Of a DNA stretch of 64,000 bases, positions 44,952-54,266 are shown piece by piece. Position numbers and translations under genes: made by a program. Source of the DNA: Candidatus Nanopelagicales bacterium (lineage in GTDB: Bacteria; Actinomycetota; Actinomycetes; S36-B12); assembly GCA_044375955.1 (NCBI GenBank), contig JBILLS010000001.1, forward strand, positions 108,912 through 172,911. Direction: 5' to 3'. The number at the start of each line of letters is the position of its first letter. Within the stretch, counting starts at the first letter, position 1. The notes below the pieces were generated by a model. The model was not told where the DNA came from and ran no database searches. It worked only from the letters and a program-made list of their open reading frames with translations.

Positions 44952-47090
44952 GTGCGCGCGTTCGCGTCGGTGGTCGCGGCCGTCATCGCGTCCACTGTCC
45001 TGGGTACCGCACCGGCGCATGCGGTCACCGATTCACCCGTGCCGATCCAAATCGAACGGCTCTCGCCGCTCGTCCCGAGCCCGGACGAACAGCTGCGCAT
45101 CAGCGGGCGCGTGCTGAACACAACCCTCGGGGCCTTTCGCGATGTCCAAGCGCGGTTGCGCATCTCCACCGGACCGCTCACCGACCGTGGTCAGGTCACC
45201 GAGGTCGCTGCGGCCCCGTTCGCACCCACCGACGAACCCGCAGGTCAGATCCTGGATTCGACGCGCGTCGAGGTCACATCCCAACTCGAGAGCGGTGCCC
45301 AGGCAGTATTCGAGTTCACCCTGGACTTCGCATCACTCCCACTTCCCGACGATGGGGTCTACGTCCTCGCGGTAGAGCTCATCGGGGTCGATGCGGAGAG
45401 TGGGGGTGCCGAGCAGGTCCTCGGCATCGAGCGGACCTTCCTCCCCTGGTTCCCCGATCCGAAGGCGATCACACCCGTCGACGTCGTTTGGCTATGGCCG
45501 CTTGCGGATTGGCCAGCGCGGGAGGCGACGGGTGTCCTGCTCGATGACAGCACGCCGGAGGAGATCAGTCCCGGCGGCCGGCTCGATCGCCTGCTTGCGA
45601 TCGGCACCCGGTACCCGCGCATGGTGAGTTGGGTCGCCGATCCCGCACTGCTCCGCACCGTGCAGGAGATGGCGGGTGGCTACGAGGTGCAGCGCAGCAC
45701 CGGTGTCATCGCCGGGGATAAGTCCGCCGAGGCTGCGCGATGGCTCGAGGTTCTCACCGAAACGTTGCGCTCGGCACGCAGCGCTGCCGAGCCCGATTCC
45801 CCACTCCCGGTCCGCGTGCTCCCGTACGCCGATGTGGATGCGGTTGCCCTCACCCGTGCGGGTATGCAGACGGATGTCGTTCGTGCCGTGACCCGCGGTG
45901 CACCGACGGCAACCGCCGTTCTCGGTGCACCCGTGTCGGGGTCGATCGCATGGCTCCCCTTCGGCCGCGTCGATGACGCGACCGCCGCGACACTGGTGTC
46001 CGCGGGAGTCGAGGCATTGGTGCTGGGTGGATTCGCGATGCCGACTGTCGATGGTTCGCCGGACACCGGGCGGGCCCGGATGGCGACGAGTGTCGGCAAC
46101 ACGGAGGTGCTCCTGCTCGATCCGGCAGTGAGTACCACCCTGATGCTGCCTCAGCAGTCGCGCAGCCAGTCGGTTGCAGTGCGTCAGCGATTCCTGGCCC
46201 AGACGGCGATGGTGGCCCAGGAGTTCGGTGATGCGCCAACACGCACCGTGATCGCCGGTCCGCGCACACCGATCTGGGACCCGTCGGAGGCGACGATGCT
46301 CGGTCTCCTTCGGGCGACCATGCGCGCACCGTGGATGCGACCGCAGACACTGGCCACCCTGTTCGACGAGGGGACCGCCGGTGCTCCACGCACCATGGCG
46401 GGCTACGGACAGAAGGCGCGCGCGGCCGAACTACCCGCGAGTTATCTGCGCCGCGTGCAGCGGGCCACCGAGCAGCTCGCGACGTTGACCGCGATCCTGA
46501 ACAACCCGGCGGGCATCACGGATGCCTACGCGTCGGCCCTGCTGCGCGCGGAGTCGGCCGCCTGGCGTTCGGATCTTTCCACCGGACGCGCGCTCCTCGA
46601 CTCCATCAGCTCCCAACTGCGTGAGCAGACCGGGCTCGTGCGCGTGCTATCCGAAGGAACCGTCACCTTCTCCGGAGACACGGGCCGAGTTCCCGTCACC
46701 ATCGCCAATGACCTCGACCGCGACGTCACCGTCGGGGTGGAACTCGTCGCGTCACCGAGCCCACGCTTGGAGTCGGACCCGGTTCAAGGCATCGTGATCG
46801 CACCCGGGAAGAAGGTGAGCGTCGAGATCGATGCGCGTGTCATCGGTGGGCGTTCCCTGCCGGTCCGAGTCCAACTGCTCACGCCCGACGGACAGGCCTA
46901 CGGCTCACCCGCCACCATCGAGCTCGCCTCCACCGCGTATGCGCGCGCGGCATCCTGGGTGGTGATCGTCGCCTTCGTCGCCATTGCAGTCTTCGTACTC
47001 GTGGGGATCATCCGTCGCATCCGACGTGTGCGCCGGGGACATACCGCCCTCAGTTCCGGCAGCCCTGCACGCCCATCTGACACGGTGTGA
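44952..47090 (+). CDS. secreted/membrane-anchored conserved actinobacterial protein (DUF6049-like, Rv3909 position)
   Basis: I chose GTG 44952. The signal peptide ends APAHA/VT and there is a C-terminal TM (WVVIVAFVAIAVFVLVGII). The position between the NUDIX gene and murJ is conserved. Confidence 0.7.
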   Translation: MRAFASVVAAVIASTVLGTAPAHAVTDSPVPIQIERLSPLVPSPDEQLRISGRVLNTTLGAFRDVQARLRISTGPLTDRGQVTEVAAAPFAPTDEPAGQILDSTRVEVTSQLESGAQAVFEFTLDFASLPLPDDGVYVLAVELIGVDAESGGAEQVLGIERTFLPWFPDPKAITPVDVVWLWPLADWPAREATGVLLDDSTPEEISPGGRLDRLLAIGTRYPRMVSWVADPALLRTVQEMAGGYEVQRSTGVIAGDKSAEAARWLEVLTETLRSARSAAEPDSPLPVRVLPYADVDAVALTRAGMQTDVVRAVTRGAPTATAVLGAPVSGSIAWLPFGRVDDATAATLVSAGVEALVLGGFAMPTVDGSPDTGRARMATSVGNTEVLLLDPAVSTTLMLPQQSRSQSVAVRQRFLAQTAMVAQEFGDAPTRTVIAGPRTPIWDPSEATMLGLLRATMRAPWMRPQTLATLFDEGTAGAPRTMAGYGQKARAAELPASYLRRVQRATEQLATLTAILNNPAGITDAYASALLRAESAAWRSDLSTGRALLDSISSQLREQTGLVRVLSEGTVTFSGDTGRVPVTIANDLDRDVTVGVELVASPSPRLESDPVQGIVIAPGKKVSVEIDARVIGGRSLPVRVQLLTPDGQAYGSPATIELASTAYARAASWVVIVAFVAIAVFVLVGIIRRIRRVRRGHTALSSGSPARPSDTV

Positions 47091-48799
47091 CCATGGCCTC
47101 GTCCACGCGCGCCCTGATCGCACCCAGTGCGGTGATGGCGACGGGCACGATCACCTCGCGCGTGACGGGAATCGCGCGCGATATCGCGATGGCCGCGGCG
47201 CTGGGCTTCTATCTGGTCTCCGACGCCTTCAGTCTGGGCAACTCACTCCCGACGATCCTCTACATCCTCATCGTGGGAGGTGCACTCAACGCGGTCTTCA
47301 TCCCGCAGTTGGTGCGACGCATGCGCGAGGACGCGGACCAGGGCAAGGCCTACGCCGACGCACTCCTCACCGTGGCCGCGACGATCCTGCTGATTCTCTC
47401 TGTGGTTGCCGTGATCGCGGCCCCGTGGATCGTCGACCTGTACACACCTGCGGACTACCCGCAGGCCGAGTACGAGCTCGCGGTGGCTTTCGCACGGCTG
47501 TGCCTGCCGCAGATCTTCTTCTACGGCCTGTACTCGATGCTAAGTCAGGTGCTCAACGCCCGCGGGCGCTTCGGTGCCCCGATGTTCGCACCGATCGCGA
47601 ACAACGTGATCGCGATCGCGACGTTCCTGCTGTTCCTCGCCGTCGCGGGTACGTCCGCGGCCGCCGACGGCGCGCTGACCACTGACCAGGTGCTCATCCT
47701 CGGGATCGGTACGACCCTCGGTGTGGTGCTGCAGGCGTTGATCCTGATCCCACTTCTCTCCCGCGCGGGCTACCTCTGGCGGCCGAGTTTCGCCTGGCGT
47801 GAGCAGGGTCTCGGGCACGCAGCGCGCCTCGCGGCGTGGACGGTGGGTTTGGTGCTCGTGAACCAGATCGCCTACCTGGTCATCACCCGGTTCGCCACGC
47901 AGGCGAACGTCGACGCGAGTGCGGCGGGAGTGGTGGCTGCGGGTCTCACCACCTACCAGAAGGCGCACCTGGTGTTCATGCTGCCGCACAGTGTCATCAC
48001 CGTGTCCGTGGTGACCGCACTGCTTCCGGCGTTGTCGCGTGTGGCGCATGCCGGACGCATGCGTCAGGTCGGTGCGGATGTCTCCGGTGCGATGCGCCTG
48101 GTCACGGCGGCGATCACACCGGTGGCCGCGATCCTCGCGGTCACCGGTCCAGGGATCGCGATCCTGCTCTTCGGGTATGGCGCGGCCACCACGGATCAGG
48201 CCGCGCAGATGGGCCAGATCGTCTCGATCTTCATGCTCGGTCTGATCCCGTTCACACTCTTCTACGTCCTGCTGCGCGGGTTCTATGCGCTTGAAGACAC
48301 ACGTACACCCTTCGTGATCACGGTGGTCTTCTCCGCCCTGTGGTTGGTCGTGGTCAACGCCCTCTTCGCATCGCAACCGCCCGGTGGCGGTCAGATCGCG
48401 GTCATCGCGTTCGGGTACGTCCTCTCCTACTGGGTGGCACTCGCCCTCGCCTGGATCTGGTTGGCGGCGAGGTTGCGTCGGCGCGCAACCGCCGACGACG
48501 TCGCGCCGGGCATGCGGTCACCCGCAACCCTCTGGTCGCTTGCGCGACTCACTATCGCCGGGGTAATCGCCTTCCTCGTCATGTCGCTCACCCGCGCCAC
48601 CATGCTCGATCTCCTCGGCCTCGACTCGACATCCGATCGGCTCGGCATCGCCCTCAGCGTCGTCGTGGTGGCGGCACTGGGCGCGCTCACCTATGTGCTC
48701 GCCGCCTGGCTGTTGCGTTGTCGCGAGGTCGGTCAAGCCTGGTCATTGCTTCGCCGTGCCCTGAAACGTGGGAACTCTGCTGCCAAGGTGGGGTCATGA
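47087..48799 (+). CDS. murJ: lipid II flippase MurJ (MviN)
   Basis: 570 aa with 14 TM segments. The N-terminus GTITSRVTGIARDIAMAAALG is typical of MurJ. Confidence 0.9.
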   Translation: MTMASSTRALIAPSAVMATGTITSRVTGIARDIAMAAALGFYLVSDAFSLGNSLPTILYILIVGGALNAVFIPQLVRRMREDADQGKAYADALLTVAATILLILSVVAVIAAPWIVDLYTPADYPQAEYELAVAFARLCLPQIFFYGLYSMLSQVLNARGRFGAPMFAPIANNVIAIATFLLFLAVAGTSAAADGALTTDQVLILGIGTTLGVVLQALILIPLLSRAGYLWRPSFAWREQGLGHAARLAAWTVGLVLVNQIAYLVITRFATQANVDASAAGVVAAGLTTYQKAHLVFMLPHSVITVSVVTALLPALSRVAHAGRMRQVGADVSGAMRLVTAAITPVAAILAVTGPGIAILLFGYGAATTDQAAQMGQIVSIFMLGLIPFTLFYVLLRGFYALEDTRTPFVITVVFSALWLVVVNALFASQPPGGGQIAVIAFGYVLSYWVALALAWIWLAARLRRRATADDVAPGMRSPATLWSLARLTIAGVIAFLVMSLTRATMLDLLGLDSTSDRLGIALSVVVVAALGALTYVLAAWLLRCREVGQAWSLLRRALKRGNSAAKVGS

Positions 48800-50373
48800 G
48801 CGTGGGTGCACGGATCGGTCGCTTCCGATTGGTGGAACGCATCAGCGTGCGCAAGCCCCCGGCCAGTGACAGCGCCTTCCGCAGCTACCCCGTGGAGTCA
48901 TGGCTCGGTCATGACGAGAAGCTCGATAGACCGGTCTCCATTCGTCTGCTGCGCACCGATGATGCGCGTATCGCGAGCGTCCTCGGGGCCGCCCGTGCTG
49001 CCGCGCTCGTGGACGATCCGCGCTTGATGCGTGTGCTCGATGTGATCCCGATGGACGCTGAGTCATCGGAAGCTCCACGCACCGCGATCATCAGCGAGTG
49101 GGCGGAGGGTCAATCACTCGTGGACCACCTGGAGACCTCCGGTCCCGCGACGGCGGCCGCCGCCCTGATGGTGGTCGGTGACGTGGCGAGCGCCCTCGCC
49201 CTCGCCCTCGATCAGGGTGTCCCGCACGGGCGTCTCAGTCCGACGACGGTATTCCTCACCGAGGGTGGTGAGGTGCGCGTGCGCGGCCTCGCGGTCGACG
49301 CGGCGCTCTTCGGACCACTCGACTCGGATAGCCGCAGTGGGCGGGTGGTGAACGACGACGTCGACGGTCTCGGGTCACTTCTCTACGCGTTGGTCACCGG
49401 CTACTGGCCGGACCCTTCGGTGGATCCCGCGGAGGTGGGCATTCCGCTCGCGCCTCTGACCGGACGATCCGTCCCTCTGCCGTCGCGGGTGCGCGCGCAG
49501 GTCCCCCGCCCCATCGACGAGGTGGTGGGTCGCTCCGTGCTGTCGATTTCGCGACCGCGCGGATCCATTCGGATCGCCGACGCGAGTGGGTTCGCGACTG
49601 CTGCCACGGCGGCACTCGATCGCCTGACGCCGCTCGTTCCCACGTCGCTGCGCATTGCGCGACCGCAGGTGACCACCGGACGCCGCATCACGCGCACGGT
49701 CGGCATCCTCGCGGCGGTGGGGATCGTGATCCTGACATTCGCCGCGGGTATGACCCTGCTCACCGCCGGCAGTGGGAACGCGGAGGAGATCGCCGCCGCA
49801 ACAGAGGCGACGGATCTACTCACGAGTGAGGCGGTGCCGTTCACCGAGGAGTTCGCATTCAGCGCGGCCCAGGTTCCCGTATCGATCCTGTCGGTGCGCT
49901 CCTACGACCCATTCTCCGACGATGACGAGAACGGCAAGCCGGACAAGCGCAAGGGTCGCGAGAACGAGGAGAGCGCTCTGCTGGCCATCGATGTCGATCC
50001 CGCAACGGAGTGGGTGACCGAGACCTACGCCACCGCGGATGCTGACGGTAAAGGTGGCGTCGGTCTCATCATCGATCTCGGACAACCGATGAACATAAGT
50101 GCGGTCACACTCAACCTGCGCGGTTACGGAACCGATGTCCAGGTGAAGGTCGCCGACGAGATCCAGAAGGAACCCGACCTCTGGACACCCTTCGTCGACG
50201 TCGAGAAGGTCGGACCCGAGATCGAACTGCGATCCCCGCGACCCGTGCGCGGTCAATACGTGCTCGTGTGGCTCGACTCTCTTCCGAGTGAACCCGGTGG
50301 TACCGGCCGTTACACGGGCGGCATCGGACAGATCCAAGTGTTCGCGACTCCGGATGAGGAACCTGCTGCCTGA
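48796..50373 (+). CDS. membrane pseudokinase with extracellular carbohydrate-binding-like domain
   Basis: I moved the start to ATG 48796 (ATGA overlap with murJ). The kinase-like fold lacks GxGxxG, the VAIK Lys (VSIRLL) and HRD/DFG (HGRLSP, RGL). A single TM is followed by a C-terminal beta-rich domain. Confidence 0.75.
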   Translation: MSVGARIGRFRLVERISVRKPPASDSAFRSYPVESWLGHDEKLDRPVSIRLLRTDDARIASVLGAARAAALVDDPRLMRVLDVIPMDAESSEAPRTAIISEWAEGQSLVDHLETSGPATAAAALMVVGDVASALALALDQGVPHGRLSPTTVFLTEGGEVRVRGLAVDAALFGPLDSDSRSGRVVNDDVDGLGSLLYALVTGYWPDPSVDPAEVGIPLAPLTGRSVPLPSRVRAQVPRPIDEVVGRSVLSISRPRGSIRIADASGFATAATAALDRLTPLVPTSLRIARPQVTTGRRITRTVGILAAVGIVILTFAAGMTLLTAGSGNAEEIAAATEATDLLTSEAVPFTEEFAFSAAQVPVSILSVRSYDPFSDDDENGKPDKRKGRENEESALLAIDVDPATEWVTETYATADADGKGGVGLIIDLGQPMNISAVTLNLRGYGTDVQVKVADEIQKEPDLWTPFVDVEKVGPEIELRSPRPVRGQYVLVWLDSLPSEPGGTGRYTGGIGQIQVFATPDEEPAA

Positions 50374-50396
50374 TTCGCGCCGATAGGCTCCCCGAT

Positions 50397-51008
50397 ATGC
50401 CGAGTGGGGATACGCGTACCGACGCGGAACTCCTCTCCGCGCACGTCGATGGCGATCCGCATGCGTTCGGTGAACTCGTCTCCCGTCACCGTGATCGACT
50501 CTGGGCTGTTGCGCTGCGGACGACCGGCGATCCCGAGGAGGCGGCGGATGCAGTGCAGGATGCATTGATCTCCGCGTTCCGTCGAGCATCCTCCTTCCGC
50601 GGTGAATCCGCGGTCACCACCTGGCTGCACCGGATCGTGGTGAACGCGAGTTTGGACCGCCTGCGTCGTCGCTCCGTCCGGCACGCGGGCCCGATCCCCG
50701 ACGACGAGGTGGGGGTGAGCGCCCCGGTCGTCGGAAACAACCACGATGCGCTCGAGACCGCCGAGCTGCGCTGGGAGATCACCCGGGCCCTGGCCGAGCT
50801 CCCCGAGGCCCAGCGGGAAGCGGTCTACCTGGTCGATGTCGAGGGGTACTCGATCGAGGAGGCCGCAGCGATGCTGGACTGCCCGACGGGCACGGTGAAG
50901 AGCCGGTGCTCGCGGGGTCGGGCCAAGTTGGCTGAAACTCTCGGATTTTTACGGAACCCGAACATGGATTCCCCCGTCACACGTCCGGAAGGGGGTGGGA
51001 ATGGCTGA
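50397..51008 (+). CDS. sigM: ECF RNA polymerase sigma factor (SigM position)
   Basis: 203 aa with region 2 (DAVQDALISAF...TWLHRIVVN) and region 4 (YSIEEAAAMLDCPTGTVKSRCSRGR). It sits upstream of trxBA, as in mycobacteria. Confidence 0.8.
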   Translation: MPSGDTRTDAELLSAHVDGDPHAFGELVSRHRDRLWAVALRTTGDPEEAADAVQDALISAFRRASSFRGESAVTTWLHRIVVNASLDRLRRRSVRHAGPIPDDEVGVSAPVVGNNHDALETAELRWEITRALAELPEAQREAVYLVDVEGYSIEEAAAMLDCPTGTVKSRCSRGRAKLAETLGFLRNPNMDSPVTRPEGGGNG

Positions 51009-51765
51009 CGAACTGGATCCCCAGCTGGATCCCGAGGTCGAGACTCGCCTGCGCGAGGCCCTGAGCCGACTGCGCCCGGATAACGATCCCGCACCCACCC
51101 CACCGATGCCCCCGGCCGTGTGGGCGCGGATGGAGCGTGCGGTCGCCCATGAATCGGGGCTGCGCACCGGCACGGTGGTGGAGTTGGCTCCACGTCGGCG
51201 GATGTTGAAGTGGGCCGGACCCCTGGTCGCGGTGAGTGCCGTGGTGCTCGGTGTCGTGGTGATGACGAACCTGCCCGGCCAGCAACCGGACGTCGTGGCC
51301 GACGCAGAGACCGCGATGGCGGCCGCGGAGCCGAAAGCCGTGCTCCAGGCGGGATTCGTGCCGCCGGCGATGACCGTGGTCGATTCCGCGGAGAACTTCA
51401 CACCCACCTCGCTGCGCGCCGGAGTGACGGCGGTCCTGGAGAAGCTGGGCGTGCGATCCATGGGCGACATGCAGAGGATGGCCACCGCCTCCGCGGCACC
51501 CGAAGTCGACGAGACCACCCTGCGTGAGTGCGTGACGGAGTTGACCCAGTCCCCCACGTCGCAGGCATTGATCGTGATCCGGGCCACCTATGACGGCGCT
51601 GCGGCAGGTGTGGTCGTGATCCCGGCGGTGATGATGGGCGACATCAGCACGGTGGACATCTCGCAGATCTCCGACCCGACCCTGCACATCTTCGTCGTCG
51701 GTCCGCAGTGCGGGGCACAGCCCACTCAGGTCATCTCGCACGTTCTGCACGCCATCGGCGATTAA
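51001..51765 (+). CDS. candidate membrane anti-sigma factor
   Basis: ATG 51001 overlaps the sigma-factor stop. The protein has a cytoplasmic N-terminus, one TM (WAGPLVAVSAVVLGVVVM) and an extracytoplasmic domain. The call rests on position. Confidence 0.6.
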   Translation: MADELDPQLDPEVETRLREALSRLRPDNDPAPTPPMPPAVWARMERAVAHESGLRTGTVVELAPRRRMLKWAGPLVAVSAVVLGVVVMTNLPGQQPDVVADAETAMAAAEPKAVLQAGFVPPAMTVVDSAENFTPTSLRAGVTAVLEKLGVRSMGDMQRMATASAAPEVDETTLRECVTELTQSPTSQALIVIRATYDGAAAGVVVIPAVMMGDISTVDISQISDPTLHIFVVGPQCGAQPTQVISHVLHAIGD

Positions 51766-51795
51766 CCCGTTCTCACTAGACTCGGGCGAAGCCGG

Positions 51796-51817
51796 AATAT
51801 ACCCCCTGGGGTATATT
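51796..51817. promoter_or_regulatory. perfect AT-rich 10-bp inverted repeat upstream of trxB
   Basis: AATATACCCC-CT-GGGGTATATT lies 27 nt upstream of the trxB GTG and 31 nt past the upstream stop. The left arm overlaps a GGAAT pentamer. Confidence 0.45.
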
Positions 51818-51843
51818 GATATCCCACCGAGGCAAGGACGAAC

Positions 51844-52770
51844 GTGAGCGACATCCGGAACGTGATCATCATCGGATCCGGCCCAGCCGGGTACACCGCC
51901 GCCGTCTACACCGCGCGCGCGCAGCTCGCACCGCTCGTCTTCGAGGGCTCCGTCACCGCGGGTGGTGCACTCATGAACACCACGGAGGTGGAGAACTTCC
52001 CCGGGTTCAGCGAGGGCATCATGGGTCCGCAACTCATGGAGCAGATGCGGGCGCAAGCCGTGCGCTTCGGTGCGGAGATCCTCACCGACGACGTCGTGAG
52101 TGTGGATCTCTCTGGTGAGATCAAGAGCGTGACCGATGGATCAGGCACCACCTACCGGGCGCGCAGCGTCATCCTCGCAATGGGATCCGGCTATCGCGAA
52201 CTGGGGCTCCCGAACGAGAAGCGGCTCTCCGGGCACGGTGTCTCGTGGTGCGCGACCTGCGACGGATTCTTCTTCCGTGGTCAGGACATCGCCGTCGTCG
52301 GAGGCGGTGACTCCGCGGCCGAGGAGGCCACGTTCCTCACCCGCTTCGCCAACACGGTTTATCTGATCCACCGCCGCGAGGAGTTGCGTGCGAGCAAGAT
52401 CATGGCCGAGCGTGTGTTGAGCAACGAGAAGATCGTGCCGGTCTGGAACTCCGAGGTCGTGGATGTCCTGGGCGACGCCAAGGTCAGCGGGATCACTCTG
52501 CGCAACACGGTGACCGGTGAGACGAGCGACCTCGCCGTGACCGGGTTGTTCATCGCGATCGGCCACGACCCGCGCAATGAGTTGGTCACCGGCCTCATCG
52601 ACCTCGACGCCGAGGGCTACGTCGTGGTCGACTCCCCGTCGACCCGGACGTCGATCCCGGGTGTGTTCGCGTGCGGTGACCTCGTCGACCACACGTACCG
52701 CCAGGCGATCACCGCGGCCGGCACCGGCTGTTCCGCCGCCCTGGACGCCGAACGCTTCCTCTCCCACTAG
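51844..52770 (+). CDS. trxB: thioredoxin-disulfide reductase
   Basis: 308 aa with FAD motif [10 protein letters not shown] and redox-active CATCDG. Confidence 0.95.
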   Translation: MSDIRNVIIIGSGPAGYTAAVYTARAQLAPLVFEGSVTAGGALMNTTEVENFPGFSEGIMGPQLMEQMRAQAVRFGAEILTDDVVSVDLSGEIKSVTDGSGTTYRARSVILAMGSGYRELGLPNEKRLSGHGVSWCATCDGFFFRGQDIAVVGGGDSAAEEATFLTRFANTVYLIHRREELRASKIMAERVLSNEKIVPVWNSEVVDVLGDAKVSGITLRNTVTGETSDLAVTGLFIAIGHDPRNELVTGLIDLDAEGYVVVDSPSTRTSIPGVFACGDLVDHTYRQAITAAGTGCSAALDAERFLSH

Positions 52771-52807
52771 GGCCGCGTAGGCTCATAACCGACCAGAAGG
52801 AGTTGCC

Positions 52808-53128
52808 ATGGGTGCCACCCACACAGTGACCGATGCCAGTTTTTCCGCCGATGTGTTGAACAGCACCAAGCCCGTGCTGGTCGACTTCTGGGCCGAGTGG
52901 TGCGGGCCCTGCAAGATGGTTGCTCCGATCCTCGAGGAGATCGCAGCGGGTACAGAGAACCTGGTGATCGCCAAGTTGAACGTCGATGAGAACCCGCAGA
53001 CCGCGGCCTCGTACGGCATCACCTCGATCCCGACGATGAGCGTGTTCCAGGGGGGCCAGATCGTGAAGACGATCATTGGCGCCAAGCCCAAGGCCGCGCT
53101 GATGGCGGATCTGCAGCCGTACCTGTAG
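52808..53128 (+). CDS. trxA: thioredoxin
   Basis: 106 aa with the WCGPC active site. Confidence 0.95.
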   Translation: MGATHTVTDASFSADVLNSTKPVLVDFWAEWCGPCKMVAPILEEIAAGTENLVIAKLNVDENPQTAASYGITSIPTMSVFQGGQIVKTIIGAKPKAALMADLQPYL

Positions 53129-54168
53129 TGATGCTCCGCCTTGGCTCCACCGGGGCGGCCGTCGCGGAGGTGCGCGCGCGGCTCGCGCACCTGGGACTCG
53201 TGACAGATAACGCCGCAGACCCGCAGGTCTTCGACGAGGAACTCGACCGTGCCGTGCGCACGTTCCAACAGGAACGCGGGATCGGGGTCGACGGCATCGT
53301 CGGACCGGTGACATTCCGCAGACTCGACGAGGCCCGCTGGCAACTCGGTGATCGTGTTCTCTCGTTCATCCCTGGCCGCATGATGACCGGGGACGACGTC
53401 GTGCAACTGCAGCGTCGGCTGAGTGAACTCGGATTCGATTCGGGTCGCGTGGACGGAATCTTCGGAAGGGCCACCGACCGCGCACTCCGTGAGTTCCAGG
53501 CGAGTGTCGGGGTCAACCCCGATGGCACCTGCGGGCCCGACACCTTTCGCGCCTTCGACCGACTCATCCGCACGGTCAGTGGCGGTGATGCCCGCGCACT
53601 GCGTGGTCACCTGACGGTGGCCGCCCTGCAAACCGGCGTCGCGGACAAGGTCGTGGTCATCGACGCCGCCGGCGACGTCGATGCGGATTTGTGTCACGCG
53701 TTCGCGGTACGCATCGAAGGACGGCTTGCCGCCCTTGGAACGCAGGCGATCCTCAGCGGTCGCCCCGACGGAGTGAACCCGACCGAGGCACAGCGCGCGG
53801 AGTTCGCCAACAGTGTCGGTGCTGACATCGTGGTCACGCTGCATGTCGATACCAGTGACAGCCCGGAACCGAATGGGATCGCCACGTTCTACTACGGCCA
53901 TCCCGGGGGCGGAGTCCACTCGCACTCCGGGCGCATGCTCGCGGAGTTCCTGCACGATGAGTTGACCCACCGCACCGATCGACTCGACTGCGGAGTGCAC
54001 CCGCGCACCTGGGATCTCCTGCGCCTGACCCGGATGCCCGCGGTGCGGGTCGAGTTGGGCTACGTCTCCAACGAATCCGATGCGCAGCGGTTACGCAGCG
54101 CTGGATTCCAGGATGCGGTTGCAGAGGGTGTCGCCGCAGCGATCACGCGAGTGTGTTCACCCCGCTAG
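53128..54168 (+). CDS. cwlM: N-acetylmuramoyl-L-alanine amidase family protein (CwlM-like)
   Basis: Two peptidoglycan-binding repeats (GIGVDGIVGPVT, GRVDGIFGRATD) precede an Amidase_3 domain. The start is GTG 53128 or ATG 53131. Confidence 0.85.
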   Translation: MMLRLGSTGAAVAEVRARLAHLGLVTDNAADPQVFDEELDRAVRTFQQERGIGVDGIVGPVTFRRLDEARWQLGDRVLSFIPGRMMTGDDVVQLQRRLSELGFDSGRVDGIFGRATDRALREFQASVGVNPDGTCGPDTFRAFDRLIRTVSGGDARALRGHLTVAALQTGVADKVVVIDAAGDVDADLCHAFAVRIEGRLAALGTQAILSGRPDGVNPTEAQRAEFANSVGADIVVTLHVDTSDSPEPNGIATFYYGHPGGGVHSHSGRMLAEFLHDELTHRTDRLDCGVHPRTWDLLRLTRMPAVRVELGYVSNESDAQRLRSAGFQDAVAEGVAAAITRVCSPR

Positions 54169-54179
54169 ACGGGGTGAAC
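54155..54179 (+). terminator. stem-loop spanning the cwlM stop
   Basis: Perfect 10-bp stem GTTCACCCCG / CGGGGTGAAC with a 5-nt loop that contains the TAG stop. No U-tract. Confidence 0.4.
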
Positions 54180-54266
54180 CGTGAGACCCGGAATGCCGTG
54201 GATTTCGGCGCCTGGCGGTGATGCAGCACAATTCCTCCTGCGGTTGCTGAGATGTAGGGAGGTGCC

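Noticed and set aside
51790-51843. A SigH/SigR-type promoter (GGAAT-N18-GTT) upstream of trxB.
   Set aside because: GGAAT is present at 51794-51798, but I could not find GTT at a 16-19 nt spacing. I report only the palindrome, not a promoter call.
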